Origin: the human T2T-CHM13v2.0 reference genome, Homo sapiens | Strand: one strand, 5' to 3' | DNA: 64,000 nucleotides | NCBI RefSeq assembly: GCF_009914755.1 | Contig: NC_060927.1 | Part shown: in pieces, positions 13,282 through 25,430 of the stretch | How the letters are laid out: every line of letters starts with the position of its first letter | Position numbering within the stretch: position 1 is the first letter of the stretch | Notes under the pieces: model-generated | The model's database searches: none | The model's input: only the letters and a program-made list of their open reading frames with translations | Told to the model about the DNA's origin: nothing | Program-made: the position numbers and the translations under genes

Positions 13282-13702
13282 TGTCATAGTCTTGTTGTGT
13301 TGCTATAACAGAATACCTGAGACTGGATGATTTATAAAGAAAAGAGTTTCATTTAGCTCATGGTTCTGGAGACTGGGAAGTCCAAGAAGAATGGTGCCAG
13401 CATCTGGTTGGCTTTTGGTGAGGGCCTTGTGCTATGTTGTAACACAGCAGGGAAGCTGAAGGGGAAGTGGTGTGCAAAAGAGAGCAAATACAAGACTCAG
13501 CCTTGCTGCTGACTTGCCTTACTGCCACTCTGGCAGTAACTAATTCAATCCCTCCAGAGAGACTGCATTAATCCCTTCATGTGAATGTACTTCTCATGAC
13601 CCAACACCTCTTAAAGATCCCACCACCTCACAACACCGTCATGTTGGGGACAAAGCCTCAATGTGAGTTTTGTTGGGGACAAGCCATACTCAGACCATAG
13701 CA
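13282..13702 (-). mobile_element. MaLR solo LTR (MSTC/MSTD-like)
   Basis: 'tgttgctataacagaatacctgagactgg...ggttctggagactgggaagtccaag'; ends 'cagaccatagca'. Confidence 0.85.
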
Positions 13703-13961
13703 GGCCTCTTGCAGAAACTCTGACAGTGTTTGAGGACAGCACAGAAGGGCTCCAGAGAAAGAGGGCTGAGCTAGCGATAGGCTCCAAAGGAGGCTTTTGT
13801 TTTGTTTTTTCCCCTCAGGCTCTTCTTCTCCAGAAAATCATTTCAGGGGATGAATTTTTCTCCAAGGAGGAGTTTTTCAAAGTATGTGCCAAATAATACT
13901 AGATCTAAATGATACTGAAAGATGTTTCAGACACAAACAGCCTGAATGTTGGAGAAAGCAG

Positions 13962-14270
13962 GTGTTTTAGGTCTGGTTCCCAAGTAGCTGACCCTGAGCT
14001 GAGGACTCATGTGCAAAGGAAGAACTGATCCTGGGCAATGTCCCATAGAGGATAGTGTTAGGCTGGTCCCACAGGGGAACTATCAACTCTGAAAAATGTC
14101 TCAGAGCTGCCCCACCTAGGACAACATATTGTTCACTAGTGGATGGTTGTCCCTAGGGGAAGTAAATTTTGGAGCACTTTTATGAAAGCACGCAGAAACC
14201 AGGGGTGGGGCAGAAACAGAAACTAGAGATCTGTGTCTATCTGAGTGGAGCCCTGCCATTGTCTGCTACC
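13962..14270 (-). mobile_element. ERVL LTR33/LTR16-type fragment
   Basis: 'tgttttaggtctggttcccaagtagctgaccctgagctgaggactcatgtgcaa' is the reverse complement of the family 3' end. Confidence 0.55.
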
Positions 14271-15452
14271 TCCAGCAATTCTAAATGAATTACAAATTTG
14301 AAAGTGTTTTTTTTTGTCTGCAGAACTTTCCAGAGCTTTTAATGTGATCATTGCAATCTCTAAGGAAAGGATAGCACATGTAGCAACTCCCCAACTCAAC
14401 TAACTATGAGGCTGTCTTTTTTCCAGAATGCCTACAGATCTCAGTTTGGGGAACCCCTGCTCTTAGCGGCCCATATGATGGAGAATGGAGAGCAGAAAAA
14501 GCTTTCTCGTGGCCTCAGCTGAACACTGCCCTGGAGTCCTTTGGAAGCCAAGAGGAACCCAGCCAGACTGGGCTCCAGGCCTTACAGGGGCATTCCCAGC
14601 TCACCACCACCTCTTGACTCCTGCCCCCAGGTGATCAGTGTAGGCTACCAACAGAACTGACAAACAGCCTCATACCAACAGAGTTGGGCACTTCCAGGGC
14701 CCCCCAAGAGCTTCCCAAGCATGGCCCTTATGAACTTATTTTCACTCTTACAGCACTCAATATCCTTCTCTGACTTCTAGAGTCAGCCATCCTGGCCAAC
14801 CTTTCCAACATGATCCAACTTAACTCCCCATTTTCATCTCTCACAACTCCACTCTGAGCCTCCTGCACCCCCACCAGAGTTGCCTACTCTCTCCCAAACT
14901 AAATATGTTTTTTAATATATTTTTGTTTTTCTTTTTTTTTTAATGATTCTTCATCATTCAACTTGAACCTAACTAAATATGTTTGTGAGCTAAATTTCTT
15001 ATAAGAGATGGTGGCTTGGTTTTCTTGGTTGACTCCTGTAGCGTTTCTAATTTTTCAGGTTGATTTTTGTCTTAATCTGCCAGACCAGGTTGGGAGCTTC
15101 TGATCACTGACATCTACATTTTCTTTCTGACCAACATGGGTTGAGTGCAGGCATTTGGCCCAGCCAAGGAACTGAAGGATGAGCCAGTGAGGAACCGTGT
15201 GAGAAGAGCCCTTTGCTCTGTGAACCACAGCATGGGCCATCTCTCAGATGCCCGGCCCCTGCATGTTCTGTCTGAATTGTACACATCTTGAGATGAGCTG
15301 CATTTATCCTTGCTTATGTGAGACGGTTAATGGCACTCAAGAAATCATCACGAGTTTAAAACTCATTCTAGAGAAAACACGGCTCTGACATGGTAGCGCC
15401 CTTGGGATAAGTCCACCCACCAATGTTTACCAAGGCCCTTCCATGTGCCGGC

Positions 15453-15521
15453 CACTAGCGCTGACTCAGATCACCACTTCTGGAGTCCAGTCACTAGAGC
15501 TGACTCAGCCCACCACTCCTG
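15453..15521 (+). promoter_or_regulatory. 30-bp direct duplication, each copy with an AP-1 site; the second is the MARE/ARE core GCTGACTCAGC
   Basis: Copies at 15453-15482 and 15492-15521 (26/30 identical); TGACTCA at 15462 and 15501; function untested. Confidence 0.45.
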
Positions 15522-15710
15522 TGGTTTGAATTTTGCCTCTAACTCTTGCTGAGTGTGGACCTTGGTCAATGCACTTTAGCCTAAGCTTCAGTTTCCTCAC
15601 CTGTAAAATGGGAACAATAAATAACTTTTACATCAAGGTGATATATGAATGAAACATACACTTAAGGCACTTAGCATTGTGCCTGAACCGTAGTAAGTGC
15701 TTAATAGATG
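15522..15710 (+). mobile_element. MIR SINE
   Basis: 'cagtttcctcacctgtaaaatggg', 'gcacttagcattgtgcctg...tagtaagtgcttaata'. Confidence 0.8.
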
Positions 15711-15717
15711 TCTCTCT

Positions 15718-15755
15718 CAATACAATAATACAATACAATACAATAATAATAATAA
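15718..15755 (+). repeat. (CAATA)n/(AAT)n microsatellite
   Basis: Seen directly. Confidence 0.85.
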
Positions 15756-16089
15756 AGAGTAGATAGTACAATTCAGCCTTCAATCACTTTAAAATTGTCC
15801 TATGGCTAGTCCAGGGAAAAGTTATTTTGGGAACCCTTTCTTCTGCCTCCTGTTTTCTTCCACATTCCTCCTTCCCCTCTCATTCCCTTCCACATTCTTT
15901 CCTCCCTTATTCCCTTCCAATCTCCCAAAGTTCTCGGTGTGCTTATGAATCTCAGGGGGAGCTCTCTAAATGTAGATTATTGGGCCCCAAACCCAGACAT
16001 TTTGATTCAGTGTGTCTAGAGAGCGGCTCTGGGTCTGTATTTGTAATAGACCACCTAGATACCTCTGTTGTGGGTGGTGCAGGGACTAG

Positions 16090-16465
16090 AATGTGCTGGT
16101 AAATGTTTAACAAGGACTTGGGCCCTGGGAGAGGGCTGGCTGGTTTGTAGCATTTGCCAGTTTCCGGGGGTGTAAATACTCCCACCATGGCCAATTTCAA
16201 GCTATCCATGTGATGTCACTGAATGTTGAGTTGGGAAGAGATGTTCTGTAACACACCATTATGTAGTATTAGATACAAAAGCATAGGTAAAAGGAATGAG
16301 AAATAGAATAATTAGGAAATGATAAGTATTTTTAGTATAATTTATTTAATTGTAATTTTCTGTAATTTAGTATTTAATGTTGCGTTTCACAACTGGCTCA
16401 CACAATTCCTAAATACTTAACAATTGGCTCTTGAAAGTTGGTACAGGCAGATGCCAGCACACCAT
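16090..16465. mobile_element. MER63-type hAT-Blackjack (longer variant), preceded by a MER5 fragment at ~15925-16080
   Basis: 'gtgtaaatactcccaccatggccaatttcaagcta'; TIR-like ends tgtgctgg...ccagcacacca. Confidence 0.75.
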
Positions 16466-17699
16466 AACAAGGCTGCTGCTTGAAGAACCCTGCCCTTGAT
16501 AATTGAATGAACACTCTGTTCTCTCTCACCGTAGTGAAATGCACATACTTGCACATTTTCACTCAAATTCTTGGAGACTTTAAAAATAGCCCAAAGCTCA
16601 TGATGGATTTGGAGGACCTCCTGTCTCCCTGATTCCCTCCTGCGCTGTGACAGTGTCTTGAGGGTTTGTGGGAAGGATGATGGAAGGATCAATATTTTGG
16701 GGGAAAAGGAATTTTGCAGATCCTTCCCTTTTCCTCCTCCTCAAGCTCCGCCACCTTTGCCCTGTGCCGCAAACCGATCAAGGGTGCCACTACTACAAGC
16801 TTAAAAAGCACCCTATCCCTGTCAAACCCAAGCTCTTAATCTCCCACTGGAGCTGTGGGGCCACCCAGCTGGTGCTATCTTATCAGAGGCTGGTGACAGC
16901 CACAGGATTCAAAAGAGGAAGCGGAGGTGTCTTATCTGCCTTGCTCGTATCCGGCTGGAAGCCGAGCTGTTCTTTCTCAGTGAAGGGCAGAGTCTCATGT
17001 CACTGCCCTTGGTTGGGAACAAGGGAGAACAAAGGTCATTGCCCTTTGCAGACTCAAAGGCTTAGAGGGTCATGAAGCAGGCAAGGGCACTGGGACAAAG
17101 AAAGGCTCCATGCTTTAATCATTAGTAAATTAAATCCCTGCGTGGTAGATACACCTATTATCCTCATGGAAGAAGAAATGGAGGCTCAGAAAATTAACTT
17201 GCCTCAGGTGGCGCAGTGAGACATCAGGATTTAAATGCAAGTCTGTCCAATTCAGGGATCAAGCTCTTAATGTTTCTGCTATTGCCATTACTTAATCTTT
17301 CCAACAGCCCTTGTCCCCATTTTACAGATGAGAAGATGGGGATCATCACTGAAACTCTCAGAGCTCCAGGAGGGGCCAGTCAGAACTCTACAGGCCTCTC
17401 TCTGAAGCATAATAACACACCAGCAAAGGGCTGCATCCTTTATAAGACAGTGCATTTCTGTGGGGGGCGGAAGGAAGAGAAGGAGGAAGGGAGAGAGATA
17501 GGCAAGACAGGGATCTAGAATAATCATTGTACACAAGAGGCGCAGGCATGAACAGCACATGCAGACTGGCAGGCAGGCTCCTGCTTATGCTGAGGCTGGG
17601 GAAACTTGGAAGGGGAGGGAAGACATCAGAGCAGTAATAACTCCCAGCCGCAGCTGCCAAGCTCCCAGGATTTCTAGAGATGAGGTCATGAGAAGCTGC

Positions 17700-17915
17700 T
17701 CTCTTTTGTTCTCACGGCAACCAGGCCTACCCCCTTCCCACTCTCCAGCCCCAGTTGTACTAGGAATTGGGGTGGGGGGTGGGTAGGAATGTCAAACAGA
17801 GGCGGTGACAGTGGCTGCGGTTACCATCACTGTCCTTCAATATTCAGATGGTACCCAGAGGTAACCATGGCAACCGGCCGTGGGAGCAGTCGTTGAGGAA
17901 GATGTTTATCCCACC
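17700..17915. promoter_or_regulatory. Candidate RFX-bound element (two X-boxes)
   Basis: GTAACCATGGCAAC 17861-17874 and GTTCTCACGGCAAC 17708-17721 in non-repeat DNA. Confidence 0.5.
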
Positions 17916-18327
17916 CAGTGGGCAGGGCTGAGGGATGGGCAGGCCACACCAGGGCACCCAGCCCCAAGGAGACAGCTCCGTGTCCACTGCAGCCTTGCTT
18001 GTGGAGGTTTTCACCTCTTACTCCAGGCTTCTGGGGGTGCAAATCCCCATTCTAACACATGGGCGAAACTTGGCCAAGTTCTTAACTCCTCTGAGCCGTG
18101 GACCCCTCATCTGTTCACAGTAAGCATGTGATGATGATGACGCCACGATTGTTATTATTCAAAGAATGAGCTGTAGGACTCTTCAATGAATGAGTCAGAT
18201 GGACCTGGCTAGGAACCTGTGTAACTGAGACAAGCAGCTCTCCTCTCTGGGCCCCAGTTCTTTATCTGTAAAAGGTGAACCCCACAGGCATTTTACATGA
18301 CTGCCATGGTACCTACACAGCTGAGTA

Positions 18328-18700
18328 TGTGTCTTGGTTTGTGTTTCCCTGAAAACAGAACTGGAAATGGGGTTTGGGTGCAGGTAGTTTACTTGGGAGG
18401 TGATTCCCACAAGTGGGAGAATGGGAGAGTGATGTGGGGGCCACGGATACGGGAAGCCAATAATGAGCAGGTGACCACTGTGGGCACCTGGGGCTCAAGC
18501 TCACTGTGGACCCCAGGCGAATTGTGTAGAACGTGCCTCTGGATTGTCCCACAAGGGGTGGGGACATTGGGGGATTTAACAACTGCCATCCCATAGTAGG
18601 AAGAGAGGCCAATGCTTGGGGTAAGAGACAGGCACTGTCGCAGGTAAGTTCAGAAGTGGGCAACGGAAGACGGTGTGGGGTGCGAGAGAAGCCATTATAG
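18328..18700 (-). mobile_element. ERVL solo LTR, LTR16 family
   Basis: 'gggtttgggtgcaggtagtttacttgggaggtgattccc', 'accactgtgggcacctggggctc'. Confidence 0.75.
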
Positions 18701-18822
18701 AAGGAAACACTGGGTCCTTTCCATAAAACAGCATCTTGGTCTCCCTCAGCCTCCTGCTGCTCACACACATACGTGCTTGCTTTCTAGAGGCCACTCCTGT
18801 TTCCATGAGACTAGTGCATTAA

Positions 18823-19472
18823 TTTAACTTATTTATCTTTTTAAACTTTAGGTTCAAGGTACATGTGCAGGTTTGCTATATAGGTAAATTGTGTGTCACA
18901 GGGGTTTGGAGTACAGATTATTTAATCACCCAGGTAATGTGCATGGTACTCAATAGGTAGATTTTCTATCCTCACCCTCCTCCCCTCCTCCACCCTCAAG
19001 TAGGCGCTGGTGTCTGTTGTTCCCTTCTTTGTGTCCATGTGTATTCAATGTTTAGCTCCCACTTATAAGTGAGAACATGCGATATGTAAATTAATTCAGC
19101 CTCTGTAGAAGGCAGTTCGGCAGTTTCTCAAAGAACTTAGAACAGGAAACAGGTAATTGAATGGTCGATTACCATTTGACCCAGAAATCCTATGATTCGG
19201 TATATATCCAAAGGAATACAAATCATTCTAACACAAAGACACATGCACACATATGTTCATCGTAGCATGATTTACAATCGCAAAGACATGGAGTCAACCT
19301 GAATGCCCATCAAAACTAGACTGGATAAAGAAAATGTGGTCCATACACACCATGGAATACTACATGGCCGTAAAAAAAGAAGGAAATCATGTCTTTTGCA
19401 ACAAGATGGATGTAGCTGGAGGCCATTATCCTAAATGAATTAACGCAGGAACAGAAAACCAAATACGGCATT
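18823..19472 (-). mobile_element. 5'-inverted (twin-primed) L1PA15/16-type insertion
   Basis: 18823-19085 is L1 3'UTR in antisense; 19084-19472 is the adjacent upstream L1 segment (ORF2 end) in sense. Confidence 0.85.
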
Positions 19473-19645
19473 GGCCTCCATCAGCCTTGATTATGAGGAC
19501 CTTGTCTGTCCTTTGTATTAGCTGTGAGCCCCTGGGCAAGTGCCTTGATGCCTCTACACCTCTGTTTGTTCATCTGTAACAGGGAACAATAACAGTACTT
19601 ACCTCACAGGGCTGTGATGAGAATTAAATAAGATAATGTGCAAAT

Positions 19646-19867
19646 GTGGGATGAGCAGAATATTTCCATAAAGGGCCAGATGGTAACTATTTTAAGCTTT
19701 GTGAATGATCTTTGTTGCAACTATTCAACTCTGCCACTGTACCATGAAGGCAGCCATGACTATATGTAAATAAATGAATGGGTGTAGCTGGGTTCTAATA
19801 AAACTTTACTCACCAAAACAGGAAGCAGCCAGATTTGGCCCATGAGCCCTAGTTTGCTAATCTCTGG
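19646..19867. mobile_element. MER58A inserted in a MIR (~19515-19935)
   Basis: 'aaagggccagatggtaactatttt', 'gttgcaactattcaactctgcc'; MIR halves on both sides. Confidence 0.85.
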
Positions 19868-20044
19868 TATAAAGCCCAACACGCAGTACCTGGCACATAG
19901 TAGGTACTCAGTGGAAGCAAGCCACAGTTATTATTGCCACAGCTTGGAAAGCGCACAAGCCGAAGGCTCTCCAGAGCTTAGCTAAGTTTCTACTTCTTCC
20001 CCTTCTATGCCACTTAACCATTCAAAGCATGAATCTGTGTCCTA

Positions 20045-20210
20045 GTCCTTGCTACTCAGAGCATGGCGGTCCATGTACCAGCAGCCTCACCAGACCTGTG
20101 AGTTTTTCAGAAATGCAGAATCTTAGGCCTCATCTCAAATCAACTGCATCAGAACCTGCATTTGAACAAGATCCCCAGGTGATATCTGTGCACATGACAG
20201 CTGGAGAGAC
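20045..20210. mobile_element. MER5A
   Basis: 'gaaatgcagaatcttaggcctc...tttgaacaagatccccaggtga'. Confidence 0.75.
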
Positions 20211-20633
20211 ACTGTCCTCTTTCATCACCTGCCTGCCCTTCCCAATCAGAGAGCACATTGCCTGGCCCACACTTGGAGCCAGTTTCTCTGGGATTGCTCA
20301 TTACCCCACTCTTCTCTCCATCCACTCTAAGTCGCTTTTCACCTCCATCCCTGGCACACTTCACAACTGGAGGCCCAAAGCCCTATCTTTATTCAGCGTA
20401 ATTCTCACATGTAGTCCCCTGGATTCCACCCACACAGATGTCCTCAGAGCCTCTGCTCAGTTCTAATCACCCCACACCCTGCTCCTGAAATGATCTCTCC
20501 ATTCCAGCTGCACAGGCAGCCATGCCCCCAGGTGTCCCAGCCAGGTTCCTTGTCTCTTCATTCTCCTCTCCTCCTTTCTCTGTGCTTCCTCTACCCTAGG
20601 CACCCCCATGAAAAAATTTTCCAACTCAAGCAT

Positions 20634-21065
20634 TGTATTAGTTCCTTCTTGCATTGCTATAAAGAAATGCCTAAGACTGGGCAATTTATGAACAAAAGAG
20701 GTTTAAGTGGCTCACGGTTCTGCAGGCTGTGCAGGAAGCATGATGCTGGCATCTGCTTGGTTTCTGGGGAAGCCACAGGAAACTTACAACTGTGGCCAGA
20801 AGGCGAAGGGGGAGCAGGCATGTCACATGGCCAGAGCAGAAGCAAGAGAAAGGGAGCGGGGGGGGGGGACGTGCCACACACTTTTAAATGACCAGATCTC
20901 GTGAGAACTCAGGATCGCGAGGACAGTACCTAAGGGATGGTTCTAAACCACTCATAAGAAATCCGCCCCCATGATTTAATCACTTCCCAGCAGGCCCCAC
21001 CTCCAACATTGGGGATTAGATTTCAACATGAGATTTGGTCAGGGACACACATCCAAACTACATCA
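20634..21065 (-). mobile_element. MaLR solo LTR (MSTA/MSTB-like) with 5-bp TSD AGCAT
   Basis: tgtattagtt...aaactacatca; AGCAT at 20629-20633 and 21066-21070. Confidence 0.92.
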
Positions 21066-21104
21066 AGCATCCTGCCTGCCAGGGGATAATCCAGCCCCAT
21101 GCTG

Positions 21105-21389
21105 CCTATTACTGCAGCCATTTACCACTGGTGGCTCATCTGAATTAAGATATGCTTAAAGCGTAAAATACACTCCAGATTTCAAATATTTAGTAAGGAA
21201 AAGAGAATGTAAAATATTCGTTAATAATTTTGTACTATCAATGATATGTTGAAATGGCATTTCAGATATACTAGGTAAAAAACTTAAAAAAAAATATTTC
21301 ACCTATTTCTTTTTCCCTTTTTAATGTGGCTATTAGATAATTTAAAGTTACACATGTGGCTTCCATTATAGTTGTATTGGACAGCGCTG
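21105..21389. mobile_element. MER33/MER3-type hAT-Charlie
   Basis: End 'ttttaatgtggctattagataatttaaagttacacatgtggc...tattggacagcgctg'. Confidence 0.75.
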
Positions 21390-21449
21390 GTCTGGCAGGA
21401 TACTGTATGGATTAAGAAGGCAGGTACCAGAGTCCAACTGCCTGTGTTC

Positions 21450-21900
21450 TGTTCATGAAAGAATGATTCTGAGACTTATTTAAAAGGTAAGGCAGGGTTT
21501 ATTTAAGACTATCACAGTAGGGGTACTGCAATAGGGGAGGGAGATGGGGATCAACTCTGAATACAGAAAGGACAGGTGGGGGATTATAGTCAGTGAGCAG
21601 AGTAAGGAGAGTCAGTGGATGAAAAATTGCGAAGAGGAGACACCCAGGGTTGGGGAATTCTTGCTAAACTGACCTAACAGGATTCTTGCTAAAGGCAGGT
21701 CAAGGACTTATACATTAAAGGTGGGGGATGAGGAAATTGATCAGATTTCAAGGGTGATCAGAGATCAAAGGTGAAGACATTTTGCTAAACTGACTTGACA
21801 TGATTTTTGCTGTGCAGGACTGGGGCCATATTTGAGGCCTAGTCGAATAGAGGGCTCAGAGGAGCCGAACTAAGTTTGGGCGAGGAGAGAGTGTTTGTCA
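21450..21900 (-). mobile_element. ERV1 solo LTR MER31, inserted in a MIR (~21405-22110)
   Basis: Reverse complement begins 'tgacaaacactctctcctcgcccaaacttagttcggctcctctgagccctc'; 4-bp TSD gttc/gttt. Confidence 0.85.
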
Positions 21901-24159
21901 GTTTGAATCCCAGCTCTGCCGCTGTCTGGCTGTGGGTTCTTGTTGAAACTGGACAACCACTCTGTGCTCAGTTCCCTTCTCTAGAAAATGGTGATCATAA
22001 AAGTACGCACTTGGAGTATTGCTGTGAGGGTCACAGGAGATGATGTGTGCTAAGTTCTTGGCCCCTTGCCTGGCATGTAATTATCACTCAATAAATACAA
22101 GCATTTGTTATTATTTCCATAAATATTTGGGAGGACTGATTCTGAAACCTCCAGGGATCCCGAATTTGGAGCACTGGAAATGCTAACACAGATTCCCGGT
22201 TTCCTCCCACTTCACGTGTCTTGTAAAGCTCCATGAGCACCCAGTGCCATTCTCCTACCACAAGTTGATGGTTATTTCTATATCCGCTGAAAGTTTCTCT
22301 TCAACCACATGACCATTTTTTGCCAAGAAACAGAACTTCCACCGTGTCGCAAGTTCCACAAAGCTAAGGTACTGGTGCTCCCCAGCTACGAGACCCAGTT
22401 CCCCTCCATAGTTCCAGATGCACACCATCCAAATTCATGCTTCATTCAAATGGCGCATGACTGTGGATCATGGACCTCTGGGTCATTCACAAATCCTGGA
22501 ACTTCAGAGGTAATTTGGGAAGGCCAAGGTCAGCCCACTTAAAACAGTTCTCTCTCTTTCTCTCCCAATTTGAAATTCCTACTAACCCCAGAGTGAGCAA
22601 GTTACAAGGGAACATTTGTTGTGAGAAGACATGGCAGGCCAGGACCATTGGCCAATGTTGGGCCATTCAACATGTGTCATTGTTGGAAATGGGACAGATA
22701 GTCTAATTCTCTAGTGAGGAGATTTAGAATTCTGTGGAGATAGGAGAAATTCATTTCTTTGCCAGTAATCTAGCTCATCCTGTTAGAAAAGCCTTAAAAG
22801 TGCATCGTAACAGAGACAGCTGAGTCTGACACCCAGCCCTGCATGGGTAAAGTCAGCTCCATTTATTGGACCTAGATGTAAATTTTGGTAAATAGGCTCT
22901 TATCTTTCAGGGAGGGTTTTCTGAGAGACCCTTTGCCCAGCAGAGACCTCGGGGAAACCAAAGATGGCAAAGAACTATCCACTCTGTTCTCTGGCCCTAT
23001 CTCTCCCAACTTCCACCTTTGCTCAGGTAGGTGGAACCTTCATGTAAATGGTTCCCTGCTTATAATGCACATTGGAATTGCCCAGAACGTCTGTTCAAAA
23101 TGCAGGCTCCAGGGTCCAATGTCCAGGTTGAGAAAGCTGATATAGCACCCAGGGATCTGCAAGTTAATTTTTAAAAGAAAGTCACATGGGGCAGTAATTC
23201 TAGCAAACCTTCCTCCTAGGCCGCTGCAGAGCTGTAGAAACCCAGTTGCACAGGGCTTTATGCCTGGCAAGGGCACCCCTTGCTGTGTGCATCCCAGAGG
23301 AGGCACGTCTGAAGTCTGCAGAGGAAGCTTCTATCTTCCCTTCCAACGAATTCCTGCTCAGGCCATCAAGGAAGAGAGTTTGAGTTGTTTATGGGGTAAG
23401 AACAAGAAATCTGTTCTGATTGCACTTCACAAAACTGCTTTACACAATTGTGACTTGCTTTACCATTGTCATTTACTGTGGTGATCCAAATGAATCAGCC
23501 CCAGTCTCTGGTTTCATTCCGCCCCTTAAGCCTTCCCAGGATTTAGTGCTCCTGAGTCCCTTTCCACTAGGCCAGCAGGCCTGGATCCCTGCCGCTAGGT
23601 GCACTGTGGAACATTTGGAGAGCTTCTGTTATAATGCCAGTGCCCAAGCTCCACCCTGAATCATGGAAGTCAGAATTGCGAGGGAGGAGTGGGGCCCAAT
23701 GTAATGCTTTCTAGCCACTCCCTGGGTGCTACTGATGGTAGTCAGAGTTAACATTTGTGCTAGGTTTTCTAGCCTGGCTGCACATTGGACTCCCCAGAGC
23801 AGCTTTAAAAATCCAGATGATGCCCAGTTCCCACACCCAAAGAGACTACATTAGTTAGTTTAACATTTTTTCCCCAGCAATGGAGTGTTTCTAAAATCTT
23901 GCTCAAAGTTGAGAGCTGCTATTTAGGCCCTTCTCTTCTACAAGGAAAGTCCTAGCACAAACTCGTCCTGGAGTCATTATTAACTCAAACATCTTCAGGT
24001 TCCCTTGGGGGCCTAAGAGAGAAGGTTTGGCTCCCAGACGCCACGATGCCCAGGAATAGAGGGCTCTCGCACTCAACTGGGGGCTATGTACATGTTTGTT
24101 GACAAATGGAACTTTGCTCAGCCTGAGAGCAAACCCCGTAGTTCAGTGGGTTTGCAGAC

Positions 24160-24520
24160 TTGCAGTGCTACTCAAAGTGTGGTCCCTGGACTAGCGGCAC
24201 CAGCATCAGGGAAACTTGTTAGAAATGCAGATCTTCGGGCGCCACTTTGGACCTACTGAATCAGGGGTGCTTGTCGGTGTGGGGCCCAGCAATCTGTGTT
24301 TAGTAAGCTCTCAGGGTTATGTTGGTGCATGCATGCTCTAGTTTGAGAAGCACTCCCGTAGTGTGCAGAGGAATCACCTAAGAAGCGATATTAAATGTAA
24401 GATTCCTGCACTTCCCTGCAGAGAGGCTGATCCTGGAGGTCTGAAGTAGGACCCAGGAATCTGTTCTATTAGTCAGCACCCCAGGATAAAAATGGTTCCA
24501 GGGTCACACCTAGAAAAGTC
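24160..24520. mobile_element. Adjacent MER5A and MER5B
   Basis: 'cagtgctactcaaagtgtggtcc...ttgttagaaatgcaga...ctactgaatcag...agtttgagaagcact' followed by a second MER5-like unit. Confidence 0.8.
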
Positions 24521-25149
24521 TAGTAGAAGCCATTTGCCCGCAAAGGACAATGCTCCATCTGGCCACGCATCCCACAGCCTGCGAGGCCTCCAGTCTTCCC
24601 TCCCAGGCTCACACCCCCACTCACAAAGCTTCTGGAGTATTAAGCCCTTTCCACTCCCCAGCCTTCCCTGGAAAATGGGCTAAACCAATCCACAGGGGGT
24701 GAAGGGCAGAACCGGTGTCCCAGCACCAGGGTTCTGTTGCAGCTTCAGAAGCCTGTATTTGTGGACAGAGCTCTTCCGAAGGTTCCAGGAGGATGAAAAC
24801 ATCCAGTGACTCCCAGATGTTGCTGGGCTGGATATATTTATTTCTAATAATGCTCCTGGCTCCACGCTTCCAGATGGACAGTCCCAAAGAGAATGGTTTG
24901 TTTCCTTTCGTCTTCCTCCACGATGCATTTTACGATTGCAGAGGGTCCTGCTTGCCATGTGTTTGCTTCTAATCTGTAAGTGCTTTTCCACGGGCTTGGC
25001 TCTTGGCAGTTCCCATATTTACCGAGGAGAGCACACGCCGTCAGAGGCTGGCTCCCGTCCAGCCTCCTCCAGAGTTCAGTGTTTGGAGGTTGGCAGCAGA
25101 TGAAGAAGCATGGCCTCTCTGTCGCCGGCTCAAACTTTCAGGGCGTTTT

Positions 25150-25430
25150 GCCCCTCGCACTCAATTTCTGTTATCTTTGAGGGGCTTGCCTTTTAATTTG
25201 TTTCTCCGGCAGCCATGCTAATAAATGGGCCACGGCTGAAGAGCTGTCTGAGAAACAATAGCTGCTCAGTTCCATCAGCCAATTTGTCTCAGGCACCGTT
25301 TGTTATGAATCCTCCAAGCCCATTAACCCCTGAACCTGGGAGATGCTATCTCCCCAGGGATGAATTACCTTTATTTCCAGACATGTGTTTGCTCATTTAG
25401 TACCCTATTCATAAAAGCAGCCCTGTTTTG
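25150..25430. promoter_or_regulatory. Candidate developmental enhancer (EBF, SOX, posterior HOX/CDX motifs)
   Basis: TCCCCAGGGA 25351-25360, AACAAT 25254-25259, CTAATAAA 25218-25225; non-repeat DNA. Confidence 0.3.

Noticed and set aside
21655-21800. Recurring 'ttgctaaa(ctgac)' units that look like a spaced repeat array
   Set aside because: Internal repeats of the MER31 LTR; irregular spacing, eukaryotic DNA, no cas genes, so not CRISPR-like
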